Under the pieces are notes generated by a model, which saw only the letters and a program-made list of their open reading frames with translations, was not told the origin of the DNA and did not search any database. DNA of 64,000 bases, taken from the NCBI RefSeq assembly GCF_009914755.1, contig NC_060947.1; one strand, given 5' to 3'. The stretch comes from the human T2T-CHM13v2.0 reference genome, Homo sapiens. Position numbers and translations under genes: made by a program. Positions 1 to 30,766 of the stretch are shown here, piece after piece; position 1 is the first letter of the stretch; each line of letters begins with the position of its first letter.

Positions 1-167
1 CAAGTTAAAAATATGTATGAGAACGTTGGACTCCTTCCCAGTCAGTGCATAAAGGAGGCTTACATAGTATAATTATTTGAAGTACCTTCCCACAGTTTAA
101 GGATTATAACGAAAGATGTTAACCAGCTATTCCTGATGTCTACTGATGACATAAAACAGGAGGAGGT

Positions 168-2697
<2,530 letters not shown>

Positions 2698-2714
2698 TTA
2701 AAGAAAGCTCTGAT

Positions 2715-3560
2715 ATATAGAGCTCTTAAATCCCTCAGAATTTCCTGGATCATAGTAGCATCTTTTGTTTTAATGAGGTGACTCTTGGTGGGATCCTGGA
2801 TAGCCTCAGGATGGGGGCTGGTTGCCAGGGGAACCAATCATGTAATTAGAGGGTTGGAACTTTCAACCCCACATCACCCCACAAACCTAGACCTCTGGGG
2901 AGGGGAGAAGGGCTGAAGGTTGAGTTGATCACCAATGGCCAGTGATGTAATCAATCATGCCTATGTAATGGAGCCTCCATAGAAGTCCCAAAGGACTGAG
3001 TTCTGAGAGCTTCTGGCTAGCTGGACATGAGTTACCTTGAGGGTGGTTCTGAGAGAGAGAGCATGGAAGCTCTGGGCCCCTTCTCACATGCCTTGCCCTA
3101 CACAGCTTTTCTATCTGACTATTTGTCTATATGCTTCGTAATATCCTTTATAATAAATGAGTAAATTTAAGTAAAGTGTTTCCCTGAATTCTGTGAGCTA
3201 CTCTAGCAAATTAATGGAACCTGAGGAGAGGGTAGTAGAAACCCCTGATTTATAGCTGGTGGGTCAGAAGTATAGATGACAACCTACTACTTACTATTGG
3301 CATTTGAGGTGGGGGGCAGTCTCATAGGACTGAGCCCCAAATCTCTGTATAGGATCTATGGGATCTGATGCTATCTCCAGGTAGGCAATGTTGGAATTGA
3401 ATTGATTTAGAGGAGATCCAGCTGATGTCAGCTGGAGAATTGCTTGGTTGGTGTATGTGTGTATTTCCCCACACATTTTGGTGACCACAGGTGGAGTGTT
3501 CTGTGTTTCCTTGAGTGTGAGAGTAGGAAAAACACTTTGTTTTGTTTTCCTATCTTTAAA
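2715..3560 (+). mobile_element. MER21-like LTR relic
   Basis: Resembles recalled MER21 consensus (GGATGGGGGCTGGTTGCCAGGGGAACCAATCATGTAATTAGAGGGTTGGAACTTTCA); internal AATAAA; ends approximate. Confidence 0.65.
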
Positions 3561-3574
3561 ACATCCAAAAATCA

Positions 3575-11273
<7,699 letters not shown>

Positions 11274-11671
11274 CTACCAGTTCCCCAAACACAACCCCTC
11301 TCCCCAACACCTTGGCTCGGGTATATTTTGTAGTACAGGCTCCCAAGAGAAAGAATGCATGAAAGTACTTTGTAAACTATTAAGTGATACAGAAATGTGA
11401 TATAATAAACAGGCTCAGAGGTCTTGCTTTCATCATGGCTTTGGTTACTTCGAGCAAATTATAGCTCTTTTCTCAAACTACTCCCACCCCTATAATTTAT
11501 GCCAAAGTGTTCTGAAAAGAAACACAGGCAAAATGGTTATCCTAGGGCTAAAAATCCTGATTATACCTACCTTGAAGCTTTTAATCCAGGACCCTACTTC
11601 ACCACCCGCCTGCTCTGTCACTTTCTCTACAAAGGAAGGACACGAAGTAAGACTTCCAAAAGAACAAAACG

Positions 11672-11677
11672 TTTATT
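11672..11677 (-). terminator. RNF113A: RNF113A poly(A) signal
   Basis: TTTATT on + (AATAAA on -) 26 nt past the stop codon, implying a very short 3' UTR. Confidence 0.75.
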
Positions 11678-11703
11678 TTTTAAATTTAAGAATTATGGGA
11701 AAC

Positions 11704-13400
<1,697 letters not shown>

Positions 13401-13409
13401 TCAAGCCTG

Positions 13410-13941
<532 letters not shown>

Positions 13942-14396
13942 CACCCTTGACTTTTTTATTCCCCACTTTCTCTTGCAAGCCTTTAGGAATTTACTGCGAG
14001 ATCTTGTTTTTTTACATCAGGATTCATTTTCCCCTCTTCCTAGTCCTTCACATCATCTCAAGAGTACAGGATATAAATTTATTTACTTTTTGATTTTGTT
14101 ATTGTTCTTCACGTGTGATCTACAGCTGTTGTTTCTTAGTGTCCCAAAAGACAACAACTAGATATTTCTTTTTTTTTTTTTTTAAAAAAAAAGGAAAAAA
14201 AATTCATGTTGGTTAAAATAGTGTAAAAAGTCACAGGTACCAACTTAATCCTAAAGTTTAGTGGTCTGATTTTATTTAGGAGATTCTGTTCTTTGTACTA
14301 CTAATTTGCATTTTTATTTAAACGATGATTCCATTTCTCTGGAATGTCCCTTTTAAAAATTGTAGTATCTATCAATTGGGTCACTCACTTTTATAA

Positions 14397-14603
<207 letters not shown>

Positions 14604-15613
14604 TAACTAGCATTTTCTTATCTACTAGTGAGGTTGGCATCTTTTTACATATTTAATCTTTTATATTTCTTTTTTTTTTTTAGTTTTTCTTCTGTCATAT
14701 ATTTCTTATTCTGTGGATTGTTGCCTATATCCTTTGCCTGTTCCATTGTCTTTTTCTTTTTGAGCTATGGTTCTTTATATATTCTAGACTTTAATTTTTT
14801 TGTCTATTTTATATATGACATTTTTCCCAGTCTGCTGTTTGTCTTTTTTACTTTATGATGTTTTTCATCAGGTAGTTCTAAATTTTGATATTCAATGTAT
14901 CATGTTTTGTTGTTCTGGATTCTAGGTTTTTATGTCTCCCGTACAAAGGCCTTTTCTATCTAAGATTATAAAAATACTTTCAAAAAATAAAATAGAGACA
15001 GTCTTGCTGTGTTGCCCAGGCTGGCCCTCAAACTCATAGGCTCAAGTGATCTTCTTGCCTCAGCCTTCGGAGGAGCTGGGACTGCAGGTGTGCCACTATA
15101 CCTGGCTCATAAAAATACTTTTAAAAAATAATTTCTCCTAATATTGTTAGTTTCTTTAAAAAATTAGTTATTTGGTTACATCTACAGGTCATTTTGGAGT
15201 ATAATGTGAAAGGAGGATTAACTTTACTTTTTTCCAACAGGTAGCTAGTTATCGCAATTACCCATTTATAGAAGAGTTTAGTAGTCCTAGCTACTCAGAA
15301 GGCTGAGGCAGGAGGACAGCTTGAGCCCAGGGGTTTGAGGCTCCAGTGAACTAGGATCGTACCACTGCACTCCAGCCCGGGCGAGAGAATGAGAGCCTGT
15401 CTCAAAAAAAAAAAAAAAAAAAACCACCAAGCACCCAATTTATTTTTATTTGTAATACCACTCTGGTAAACTAAATTTCCATGTACACATGGGCCTGTTT
15501 CACGGATGTGCTTTTCTATACTCTAGGTCTGCCTATTCCTGCAACAATACTTCATTTAAAGAATTACTATAATTTTATATTTTGATTCAATTATGACATT
15601 GCCATTTTTGTAG

Positions 15614-15913
<300 letters not shown>

Positions 15914-16409
15914 TGACCTCAAGTGATCCGCCCACCTCAACCTCCCAAAGTGTTAGGATTACAGGCGTGAGCCCCTACTCCTGGCCCTAATAGTATGTTT
16001 TTATATTTTGTAGGAGTAGTTCATTCTCATACTTCTTTTAAAAATGTTTACTTTTTAATATTTTCTCCTTCCTCATTTATTCCTCACAACAAACCTAAGT
16101 AAATAGTATTTCCATTTTATAGACAAGGGTCAGAGTGATTAAGTAATATTATAAGGACTCAACCTGGGTGATACACCTCTCAGTAGAGAGGTAGTTGAGA
16201 ATCTAATCCAATGAACATGATAATAGATATCTACTTATCTGGAGCCATATTTCTCAAAGTATGGTCCAAGAATAACCATCAGAATCACCTAGCATGTGAG
16301 ACAGAATTAGGATTTCTAAGAGATGGCTCCAAGGAAGATACAGTTTTAACTTCTCTTAAGGCAGTTCTTCCTGTAATAGTAAACCAAATACCTGGACTAT
16401 GTTATTTAA

Positions 16410-16598
<189 letters not shown>

Positions 16599-17014
16599 TA
16601 ATTTTTGTACTTTTAGTAGAGACAGGGTTTCACCATCTTGGCCAGGCTGATCTTGAACTCCTGACCTCATGATCCACCCACCTCGGCCTCCCAAAGTGCT
16701 GGGATTACAGGCGTGAGCCACCACGCCAGGTGTAATCTTTTAATTTATAGCTTCTGAAGTATTTGGTTGTCAACTTAGTAAGATCCAGTAGGTATTTTGA
16801 ATAGATAGTGTAGTGCTTGTCAGAGAAGGGTTCGGGAGTTGGGGTCCCTGAATTCTGGCTCTGCTAATTCCTTATGGACTTAAGCAGGTGACTTTTAACC
16901 TCTCTGAGCCTCCATTTCCTCATTTGTAAAAAAAATGGAATGAGAATAATAGTATCTACCTCATGTTGGCTGTTATTTTTTAAAACAGATTTTACCTTCT
17001 TGTCCTCTGACTCA

Positions 17015-17326
<312 letters not shown>

Positions 17327-17636
17327 TCAAAAAAAAAAAAAAAGGATCCAGGTGGTAAAGAGTTGCTTGACTTTAGTTCTGATTGGGGGTCGGGGAAGGT
17401 TTGTTTCATATAAAGCAATATGCTGCTGTCAGAAAATGAAAACTAGAAATCATTACAGGTTATTCTTTAGTGATTATAAAATTTAATCCAATGTATTGTT
17501 GCAGTTAGAGAAATGTGGGATGTGGAAGCACTCTTTTTAATAACAATGCCATTTAATGACACTGGAAATAAAAGTACATGGCATATCTTTGATGGGAACA
17601 GACTTGTCACATTCTCCTTTTTAAACTGTTTTTCAG

Positions 17637-17657
17637 GGTTTGGAGAACATTGATTAA
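17637..17657 (+). CDS. NDUFA1: NDUFA1 coding exon 3 (GLENID-stop)
   Basis: tttttcag|GGT acceptor; GLENID*; spliced total is 70 aa. Confidence 0.95.
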   Translation, partial: GLENID

Positions 17658-17763
17658 GGAAGCATTTTCCTGATTGATGAAAAAAATAACTCAGTTATGG
17701 CCATCTACCCCTGCTAGAAGGTTACAGTGTATTATGTAGCATGCAATGTGTTATGTAGTGCTT

Positions 17764-17775
17764 AATAAAAATAAA
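17764..17775 (+). terminator. NDUFA1: NDUFA1 tandem poly(A) signals
   Basis: AATAAA-AATAAA about 107 nt after the stop, followed by a T-rich tract. Confidence 0.85.
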
Positions 17776-18231
17776 ATGAAAAAAATGCATTTCTTTTTTT
17801 TAAATATGTTACACAAAATCAAGCAATCTACCCAATGTAGTCTTTATCACTTAAAAAAAACTAGAAGGCAACTGTGAGGCTTGTATAGACATAATGTACA
17901 TCCATAATGTACATCAAGCACCTGTCTCTGTGCCTAGCAGCTAATACTTCATAAATTGTAGTTGCTACTATTGTAATAGACACTAGTATATTTTATTTAA
18001 CTTTATTTATTTATTTTTTTAGACAGAGTCTTGCTCTGTTGCCCAGGCTGGAGTTCAGTGGCTCAATCTCGGCTCATTGCAACCTCCGACTCCCAAGTTC
18101 AAGTGATTCTCCTGCCTCAGCCTCCTGAGTAGCTGGGATTACAGGCACCTGCCACTGCACCTGGCTAATTTTTATATTTTTAATAGAGACGGGGTTTCAC
18201 CATCTTGGTCAGGCTGGTCTTGAACTCCTGA

Positions 18232-18576
<345 letters not shown>

Positions 18577-20250
18577 TAAGAAGATAATTCCAGGCCGGGC
18601 GCAGTGGTGGTGTGAGACAGGAGAATGGTTTGAAACCGGGAGGTGGAGGTTGCCGTGAGCTGAGATTGTGCCACTGCACTCCAGCCTGGGTGACAGTGAC
18701 AGAGTGAGACTCCGTCTCCAAAAAAAAAAAAAAAAAAAATTCCAGTTGGGATATGTTTAAAACGGATTGCACCTTCAACCTTCATACATTCTGTATAGTA
18801 TCTAACAAATAGTATATGCTTAAGTTAATTTTTGTTTTAGTATACAGCAACAGCAATCATTCGGTTTATTAAAATGAGAGTGTACTGAGCACTTGAAATA
18901 GAGATGCATGTTCAACATTAAAGGTAACCAAAGATGAAGATCTGAAAAGATAAAACTAAAGATGGTGATAACTCCATGTGTATAAAGCAACACCACAGAT
19001 GACACTTCCAGGTGAGAATACTAAGTTGCTTTTCATTGCTTATCCAGTTTAACATTTGATCTGGTTACCTTGAACATGCCTGCACTGTGTGATTGCCATT
19101 GATCTAATTTTATAGGGCGGGGCTTATAGAAGGAAGTGGTGTTTAAACTTACAGTGGTGGCTGGATTGTGCCATCCCTTGATCGGCAATGACCTTTTACT
19201 TTTTACTGTATAAGGAAAGCCTGGTCATGATTACAAACTTAATAGAACCTGTATTATCATTTAATGCTTCACAGGCCTTGTGTAATTGACTGTTAGGAGA
19301 ACTATCGCCGGCCGGGCGGTGGCTCACACCTGTAATTCCAGCACTTTGGGAGGCGGGTGGATCACCTGACATCGGGAGTTCAAGACCTGACTGATCAACA
19401 TAGAGAAACCCCGTCCCTACTAAAATTAACAAAACTAGCTGGGTATGGTGGCGCATGCCGGTAATCCCAGCTACTCTGGAGGCTGAGGCAGGAGAATTGC
19501 TTGAACCCAGGAGGCAGGGGTTGCAGTGAGCTGAGATTGCGCCACCGCCACTCCAGCCTGGGCAACAAGAGTGAAATTCTGTCTCAAAAAAAACAAAAAA
19601 CAAACAAAAAAGCTATCCCTGGAAAGGAAGGAAGAGGGCAAGTAGTACACCTAGGGAGTTGTGGATACAGAAGATGTGTTGAAAACATGACTTATCTATT
19701 ACTACTTTTATTGATTTTTAGGTCTGTTATTTCTCCATTTTGCCTGTAGGCAGGGATCATCCCCTACATTTTTATGTCCTTAGACGACTGTCACAGCTAC
19801 ACAGCTGTATAGTGAGGGGCTACAAAATGACAGGTAGAGTTGGTTAGGTTCACGGTTAAGAGTCCAAATTCTTCACTGCCCTTTTTTGTAGCATCTGCTG
19901 TGAAATTGAGCTTTATTTTTGTACTCTACTGCTAGGGGGTGAGCCAGATTAAAGCACTTTGAAGATAGAAGATTTAACGGTGGATTTCTTTTATTTTTTC
20001 TTTTCTTTTTTTTTTTTTTCTGCAAGTGCAATTAGAAGGGTTTTCTTAAGCAGCTCTAACTGATGTGGTAAAGCTACTGATGTCAGATCCATCTGTCACC
20101 AGCTCTTAAGGCCTGTTAAAATGCTGCTTAGGAAACTATCCCATTTGCTCGGTTTTATTTACTATCATTAAGTTTTTAAAAAATAGATGTTATATTCACC
20201 TAGCTCAAAATCCAACAATATGAGGTATGCAGTGAAAATAGTTGCTCTAA

Positions 20251-20670
<420 letters not shown>

Positions 20671-22043
20671 TAAACCCAAACCAAAAATGGTCAATAGTGT
20701 TTCTTTTTCTTTTTTTCTTTTTTTCGAGACAGGGTCTCACTTTGTCACCCAGGCTGGAGTGCAGTAGCAAGATCTTAGCTCACTGCAACCACTGCTTCCT
20801 GGGCTCAAGTGATCCTCCCACCTCAGCCTCCTGAGTAGCTGGGACCACAGCAGGCACTTACCACCACGCCTGGCTAATTGTATTTTTTGTAGAGACAGGG
20901 TTTTGCCATATTGCCCAGGCTGGTTTCGAACTCCTGGGCTCAAGAGATCTGCCAGCCTCGGCCTCCCAAAGTGTTGGGATTACAGGTATGAGCCACCGTA
21001 CCTGGCCAATAGGGTTTCTTTTTGCACATACAAATACAAACGGGTTCTTCTGTCTTGTATGCAATTGTAGTATCTGACACATACTGTTCACTTCTTTGGA
21101 AGTTTGGAATAATGGTTCTTGTTTGAAATTACATGTACCAGGTTGTTACTTGTAGGGTCAAATAAAGTAGTCAATAGGAAAAGACTGAAAAAAGATAGAG
21201 GAAGCCACACATATTCAGAAGGAAGAGGAAGACAATGGCGTTGCCTTTTGTTTGGGAACCAAATGATCACTTAGCCAGTGGCAGAGCTGGGACTAGAATC
21301 CTGATGTTTTGACTCCCAACCTAGTGTATTGTTCTTTGTGGTTTACTTCACTAAACACTGATTGAGTAAATGCTACATGCCAGGTGCTGTACCTCAGATT
21401 TGAATATGACACCACAGGCCGGATGTGGTAGTTCACCCCTGTAATCCCAACACTTTGGGAGGCTGAGGCGGGCAGATCACTTGAGGCCAGGAGTTCGAGA
21501 CCAGCCTGGCCAACATAGCGAAACCCCCATCTCTACCAAAAAATAAAATGACCTAAAATAAATGAATGTGACACAGAATTGCTCTGCAGGAACTCAGTCA
21601 GTGGGAGTGACAGACAACTATGTGAAGGATAAGTGCTGTGACAGAAGTTTGCAGAAGGTGCTGTGGGAGCGCAGAAGTGGGGCAACCCAGCCTTGGGTTG
21701 AGGGGAAAGGAAAGAGCTTAGGGATACGTTTCCAGAGGATGTCTACACTAAGCTGTCTGGAAGGCTGGATAGGATTTACGAGACAAACAACTGAGGGGAG
21801 GACATTCCAAGCAGAGGGAACAGCATAAGGGTGGGGACACAAATAGCATGGCTATGTGGGAAACTACAAGCAGTTCTGCAGAGCGAAGAGTGTGAGGCAG
21901 AAGAGAGGGACCAGAGAGGTTGGCAGGGCCCAGAACGTGAATGTCTCCCCCTGGGTGTCGGAATTCCTCCTGAGGGCGACTGGGAAGTCTAGCAAGAGGT
22001 AGGAGAGTGATGTGACTTGCGCACATCTGCCTGGCTGCTCTGC

Positions 22044-22266
22044 ACAGTGGTTCTCAGCTGGGTGAGTTTGCCTCCCAGGGCATATTGCAACGACTGCAGA
22101 CATTTTTCCTTGAGGCAACAGGAGGTATGGGTGGGGAGGTGTTGCTGACATCTAGTGGTTAGAAGCCAGTGATGCTTCTAAACATCCTAAGATGTACAGG
22201 ACAGTCCCACATTGACAGTTTCCAGTAGCCTTAAGTGTCAATAGTGCCAAGGTTGAGAAACTCCGA
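22044..22266 (+). mobile_element. MER20-like hAT-Charlie DNA transposon
   Basis: CAGTGGTTCTCA start, GACATCTAGTGG...GATGCT..TAAACATCCTA core, TGTCAATAGTGCCAAGGTTGAGAAAC end. Confidence 0.75.
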
Positions 22267-22664
22267 AAACAGTAGCAGGTTCTCCATTAAGGAACACAGT
22301 GGGAAGTGTTTTTTAAAAAGATTCTGCCTGGGCACAGTGGTTCACACTTGTAATCCTAGCACTTTGGGTGGTTGAGACAGGAGAACTGCTTGAGCCCAGG
22401 AGTTCAAGACCAGCCTGGGCAACACAGCAAAACTCCTTATCTATTTTGAAAAAAAGTATTAAAGAGTCCGGGCGCAGTGGTTCACACCTGTAATCCCAGC
22501 ACTTTGGGAGGCCAGAGCGGGCCAATCACTTGAGGCCAGGAGTTTGAGACTAGCCTGGCCAACATGGTGAAACCTCATCTCTACTAAAAATACAAAAATT
22601 AGGCCAGGCGTGGTGGCTGACACCTGTAATCCCAGCACTTTGAGAGGCCGAGGCAGGCGGGTCA

Positions 22665-23119
<455 letters not shown>

Positions 23120-23276
23120 TTAAAAAGTCCTAATTATTCAGAAATGTATGGGAGCAATTTCCCTTCTCCCTCCCTCTCCTGGTTCTTTTTTTCATTCAGA
23201 TCTCTGTTGGCTCATCTGTAAACTTGAAGCATATCCCTTCCCTGGAGGCGTTTGTTTTTCCAAGGAGGTATCCTAA

Positions 23277-23658
<382 letters not shown>

Positions 23659-25340
23659 TAGATGATGTAAGATGTGGAGACACAGAAAGTTGGGAGTAAC
23701 TTCACATCAGGAAGCTGCACCACCTGTGGGTTGTGTGGCCTTTGGTAGGTCACATCACTGATCTTAGCTTCAGTTCTCCCATCTCTCAAGTGAGGACAGT
23801 ATGTGCCCTGCATACGTCCCTGGGTAGCTGAGAAGATCTCACGAAATCATGTATGTGAAGTAGTTTGTAAGTGTACAGCCTCGTGCATGTGGAATGGACC
23901 ATTGCTGCATTTTGAGCACCCCTTTAACAGCTCTCCAGCCAACCCCCAAATCCCTCAGGCACTTACACAAAAGTGATGTTGGGAGGACCCTCAGGCCAGG
24001 TCTTTGGTCCCCTGTTAGAGTGGTCACAGCTAGGGAATCTCAGAGCACTGCAAGGACAACAGACGGTAGGAACTTTGATGAAGACACTAATTGTTTGGAA
24101 GCTGTTTTCTGAAAGCAGAGCTAAAAACGCAGTTTCATGCCACTGTGAGAACCGAGTGCCTGGTTACCCCTCTCAGCTCTTGCTGCTTGCTCTGCTCTAA
24201 GGGAAGGTGCTGAATGGATAGGACTGAAGCTGGCCATTCTCACCAAGAAGCTTCTGGTTGAGGGTAAGGGATGGAGGATGAGAGTTAAACATCAGTTGGT
24301 TTTCAAGAGTCCATATCACTCTGATACTTCTGTGAACTGAGAAATTATTCTCCTGTACTTCTGTGGGAAACAAGGCACATGGTACAATTTTAGGTTTTTT
24401 TTTTTTTCTATACCAAGTGTATAGATTTGGATTTTAGATACCAAAAGAGACTGTCATTCAGCTTACTGGTTTGGGTCTGTGTGTGCTTGTGTAATGCTCC
24501 CTCTGTCACCTCATCCATACCCTCCTGACCAAATATTTTATCTTTGAGGTTTGAATACTCCAGAATTTTTTTTTTTTTTGAGATGGAATCTCACTCTGTC
24601 ACCCAGGCTGGAGTGCAATGGCATGAGTGGTGGAGTGCTTGGCTCACTGCAACTTCTGCCTCCTGGGTTCAAGTGGTTCTCCTGCCTCAGCCTCCGAGTA
24701 GTTGGGATTACAGGCGCCCCCCCACCATGCCTGGCTAATTTTGTATTTTTAGTAGAGACGGGGTTTCACCATGTTGGCCAGGCTGATCTTGAACTCCTGA
24801 CCTCAAGTGATCAACCCATCTCGGCCTCCCAAAGTGCTAGGGTTACAGACGTGAGCCACCACACATGGCCAATTGTCACATTTTGATGCAGTTTTGATAA
24901 AAGGCAGAGAGAAAGAAATTCCTATAAAGAATAAATCCTGTGTTACGTTTGCATAATCTTTAATTGTTAAGTTTTTTTGGCATATTTCTGTACCCTATAT
25001 GTCTTATGCTATTGTCTGTAATACTCCTTCCTCCAACCCCAAAGACTCTTCTGCAACAAAAATCCAAATAATTGCTTTTAGGATTTCCACAAATCTTGAT
25101 TCACCATTAGACACATAATTGTTCTTTACAGGGAACCACTGAGAAAATGACCCAGCAGATATTACTTGTATAAACTCAAGTAACTGTTGCTTTATTCGTT
25201 TGAACACATTTGGTATCATCCATTGTTTTGGTTCTTCGTAGGTGCCTTCCTCAGTTCGAGCAAACATGGAGAGACCAATTATTATATTTGGGCTGGAGAG
25301 TGATCAGGCAATAAAACTTATAAACAACCATGCAATTTTA

Positions 25341-25973
<633 letters not shown>

Positions 25974-26107
25974 TTAGTATTTGGGGTGGGGTTGGTCTGG
26001 TCTCTAGGGAAACTCTGGAGTTTTCATACAGTGCCTACAAGAGCAGCCCACTCTAGTTATGACCGTGGATCTGAACATCAAGACATCACTATCAAAAATC
26101 CAGCCAT

Positions 26108-26608
26108 TGGATTATAAATCATGCTGCTATAAAGACACATGCACACGTATGTTTATTGTGGCACTATTCACAATAGCAAAGACTTGGAACCAACCCAAAT
26201 GTCCATCAATGATAGACTGGATTAAGAAAATGTGGCACATATACACCATGGAATACTGTGCAGCCATAAAAAAGGATGAGTTCATGTCCTTTGTAGGGAC
26301 ATGGATGAAGCTGGAAACCATCATTCTCAGCAAACTATTGCAAGGACAGAAAACCAAACATCGCATGTTCTCACTCATAGGTGGGAATTGGACAATGAGA
26401 TCACTTGGACACAGGGTAGGGAACATCACACACTGGGGCCTCTCGTGGGGTGGGGGGAGGGGGGAGGGATAGCATTAGGAGATATACCTAATGTAAATGA
26501 CAAGTTAATGGGTGCAGCACACCAACATGGCACATGTACATATACGTAACAAACCTGCACGTTGTGCACATGTACCCTAGAACTTAAAGTATATATATAT
26601 ATATATTT
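26108..26608 (+). mobile_element. 5'-truncated L1PA 3' end (ORF2 C-terminus + 3' UTR) with 14-bp TSD
   Basis: CCYKDTCTRMFIVALFTIAKTWNQPKCP...; TSD AAAAATCCAGCCAT at 26094-26107 and 26609-26622; tail replaced by (TA)n. Confidence 0.95.
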
Positions 26609-26909
26609 AAAAATCCAGCCATCAGGAACAGCTTTGCCATAGTACTTTTGTTCTGAGGAAGGCACTATTCAATGAGGCACTCATGCTCAAGGATGGCCAG
26701 GATATTCTGAGAGGTTTTCGTGACATCATGACTCTCAAGGACCTACCCACCTGGGCCTGACTACCACAGTACTCAGGTCTGTGGCCTTTACTGTTAGAGG
26801 ATGGGCTTCTGCTTGGGAAAGGCCCTGGGTTCCTACCACCTCCTCCCTCTTTCTTCCTAGGGCAGTCTGGTGGCCTTTGAGACATGAAGCAAAGTCACTT
26901 GCTTAGAAC

Positions 26910-27629
26910 TGAGGCAGGAGAATAGAGTCTGGAAGCAGGGAACCTAAGGCCATTTCATGCTGACTTCCTAGAACTAAATTGAAAGGAAAGCCCTACCTTT
27001 CCACGCCTACGTAACAAAAGAACCAGAGGTTGCTCCCCTTGCAAATCCCCACCTTTCTGTGTGGCAGATGGGAAATTGAAAGTACCTCTGATTGGTTGGA
27101 AAAAAAGCAGATGGCAAATTGAAAGTACCTCTGATTGGTCGCTTTTTGCAACCAATCAGACGTTTGCATAGGAGTGTAACTTTGTAACTTCACTTCAACC
27201 TCTGATTGGTTGCTATCCTAACCAATCATACGGATTGGGGGCCAAGTCTTCGTTTGTATAGAAGGGCAACTTTCACTCTAGCCTCTGATTGGCTGCTTTC
27301 CACAACCAATAAGATGTTTGCATAGGAGTGTGACCTTTGTAACTTCATTTCAGCCTCTGATTGTGGGCTGCAACTTCATGAACATGGGGTGAACACCAAG
27401 TGGCCAATGGTAAACCTCTAGCGGGTATTTGGACCCCAGAAGATTGTGTATCAGGGCCCTTGAGCCACTGCTCCGCCCGTTCTCACACTGTGGAGTATAC
27501 TTTCACTTTCAATAAATCTGTGCATGCTTGCTTCTTTCTTTCCTGTCTTTGCTGTGCGTTTTGTCCAATTCTTTGTTCAAAACGCCAAGAACCTGGACAA
27601 CTTGCAGTAAAGACCCTCTACTGGTAACA
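26910..27629 (+). mobile_element. Solo LTR, MER51-like (ERV1)
   Basis: TG...CA termini, 4-bp TSD GAAC on both sides, many CCAAT/ATTGG boxes, AATAAA at ~27511. Confidence 0.85.
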
Positions 27630-28185
27630 GAACCTGCCCAAATCCAACATGCCTCATGTTTTGGGTAAGAAAGCATTTCATTGTCCCCTGCTTTGACTTA
27701 CTTGCTAGTTATTTTTTCATGTGAACACACTTTGTCTTCCCAACTATATTGTAAGTGCATCGAGGGTGGGAACCTTGTCTTAAGCCAGTTTTACTTCTCA
27801 CAATTCCTGCCACCTGCGCACTTTACAGTCACTTAAAAGATACGTGGTGGCCGACTGGGTTCATTCGACAAGCAGAGAATGTCAGCTTTAAGCCTAGGCT
27901 TGTGGCTAAGAGGCATCAGCCTTGCTAGGGATTGGTAGGATAAGAGAAAGAAGGGGAAAAAATAAGTAAGGGTAGGGTTGAAAGGGTGAGCATGAGAGTA
28001 TAAGGGGAGGAGAGGGAAGAAACTGAGAGGGAATGAAAATGAGGCATAGGTGGAAAAGAGTATAATTCAAGGCCCAGGGTGTGGAGTCCCAAGAGAGAGC
28101 TCTGTCCTCTCTTCCTTGTGCTGTGATGTAGACTACCCCTATCTAGGGCATCTCCCTGGATTTTCTTCAGTTCAGGAAGAACCTA

Positions 28186-28466
<281 letters not shown>

Positions 28467-28508
28467 TCAAAAGAAAAAAAAAAAAAAAAAAAGCAGCAGC
28501 AGCAGCTA

Positions 28509-29066
<558 letters not shown>

Positions 29067-29967
29067 TCAGGCTCTGGCTCTGTCGCCCAGGCTGTAATGC
29101 AGTGGTGCGATCATGGCTACTGCAGCCTCGACCTCCCGGGCTCAAGTGATCTTCCATCTCAGCCTCCCAAGTAGCTGAGACCACAGGAGCGCGCCGCCAC
29201 GCCCGGCTAATTTTTGTTACTGGGGCGGCGCGTATTGGTGCAGTCTCCACGTTCTTTCAGAAGAACGCGGGCGCATCGCTGGACCACGCGCCAGTGGGCA
29301 GCCGGCGCAGCCTCCCTGCCCCCCATAGTCCCGATGCTTCCAGAGGCCCATGGCGGGGGTGCGGCGCGGGGGTGGGGAGTCGGGTGGGAGTTATGGCTTC
29401 CCAAGCAGCCAAGTCTATTTTCTTCCCGAAGAGGGAGGGGCTGAGCTTGGCAAGGCTCTAGCCAGCTCCTCCCGCTCTGCCCCACCTGCTCCTCCCAGCT
29501 CTCCCCTCCATCTCTGCTTCCAAGCCATTTTTCTCCACTCATACCTGCACTAGCATCCGAGCAGGGAGTAGTTTGGAAGAACTTGTCCTCGGCGCTGCAT
29601 GAGGATTCAAAAGGCCTCTCAACCTAGAGAGCCCTGGAAGCCAAAATTTGTGCGTTTCAGTAAGGGGCTTGGCTGGGGGTAAGAAGTAAAGTTCTGGCCA
29701 CAGAATTTAAGCTTCTGCTTCAAAGAAGGAGCCTTTCTAATCTGCTGGGAAATCTCTCCAGGTTCCCTCCACGAAAGTATTTTGCCTGCATTTGTCTCCT
29801 CTGGGCAGGCAATAAGGAATCCTACTCCCAGCCCGTTGGGGTGGCTTACGCCTGTAATCCTAGCACTTTGGGAGGCTGAGGCAGGAGGATCGCTTGAGGT
29901 CAGGAGTTTGAGACCAGCCTGGGTAACATAGTGAGACCTAGTCTCTACAAAAAATTAGCTGACCTTA

Positions 29968-30296
<329 letters not shown>

Positions 30297-30339
30297 TTAG
30301 CTGGGCATGGTGGCGGGCGCCTATAATCCCAGCCACTCA

Positions 30340-30766
<427 letters not shown>

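Noticed and set aside
19925-19945. Second CTCF-like motif CTGCTAGGGGGTGA
   Set aside because: Mismatches at key core positions and no supporting context
25004-25267. 87-aa - strand ORF with loose by-eye similarity to a BZW/eIF W2 domain (W...G.S.F.E..K..W...AEE)
   Set aside because: Alignment from memory only, at low identity; no poly(A) or TSD for a retrocopy; conflicts with the + strand readings; kept only as an alternative within the fossil-segment finding
26059-26472. 137-aa ORF with a Cys/His-rich segment
   Set aside because: C-terminus of L1 ORF2 in a truncated L1PA, fused by chance to flanking sequence
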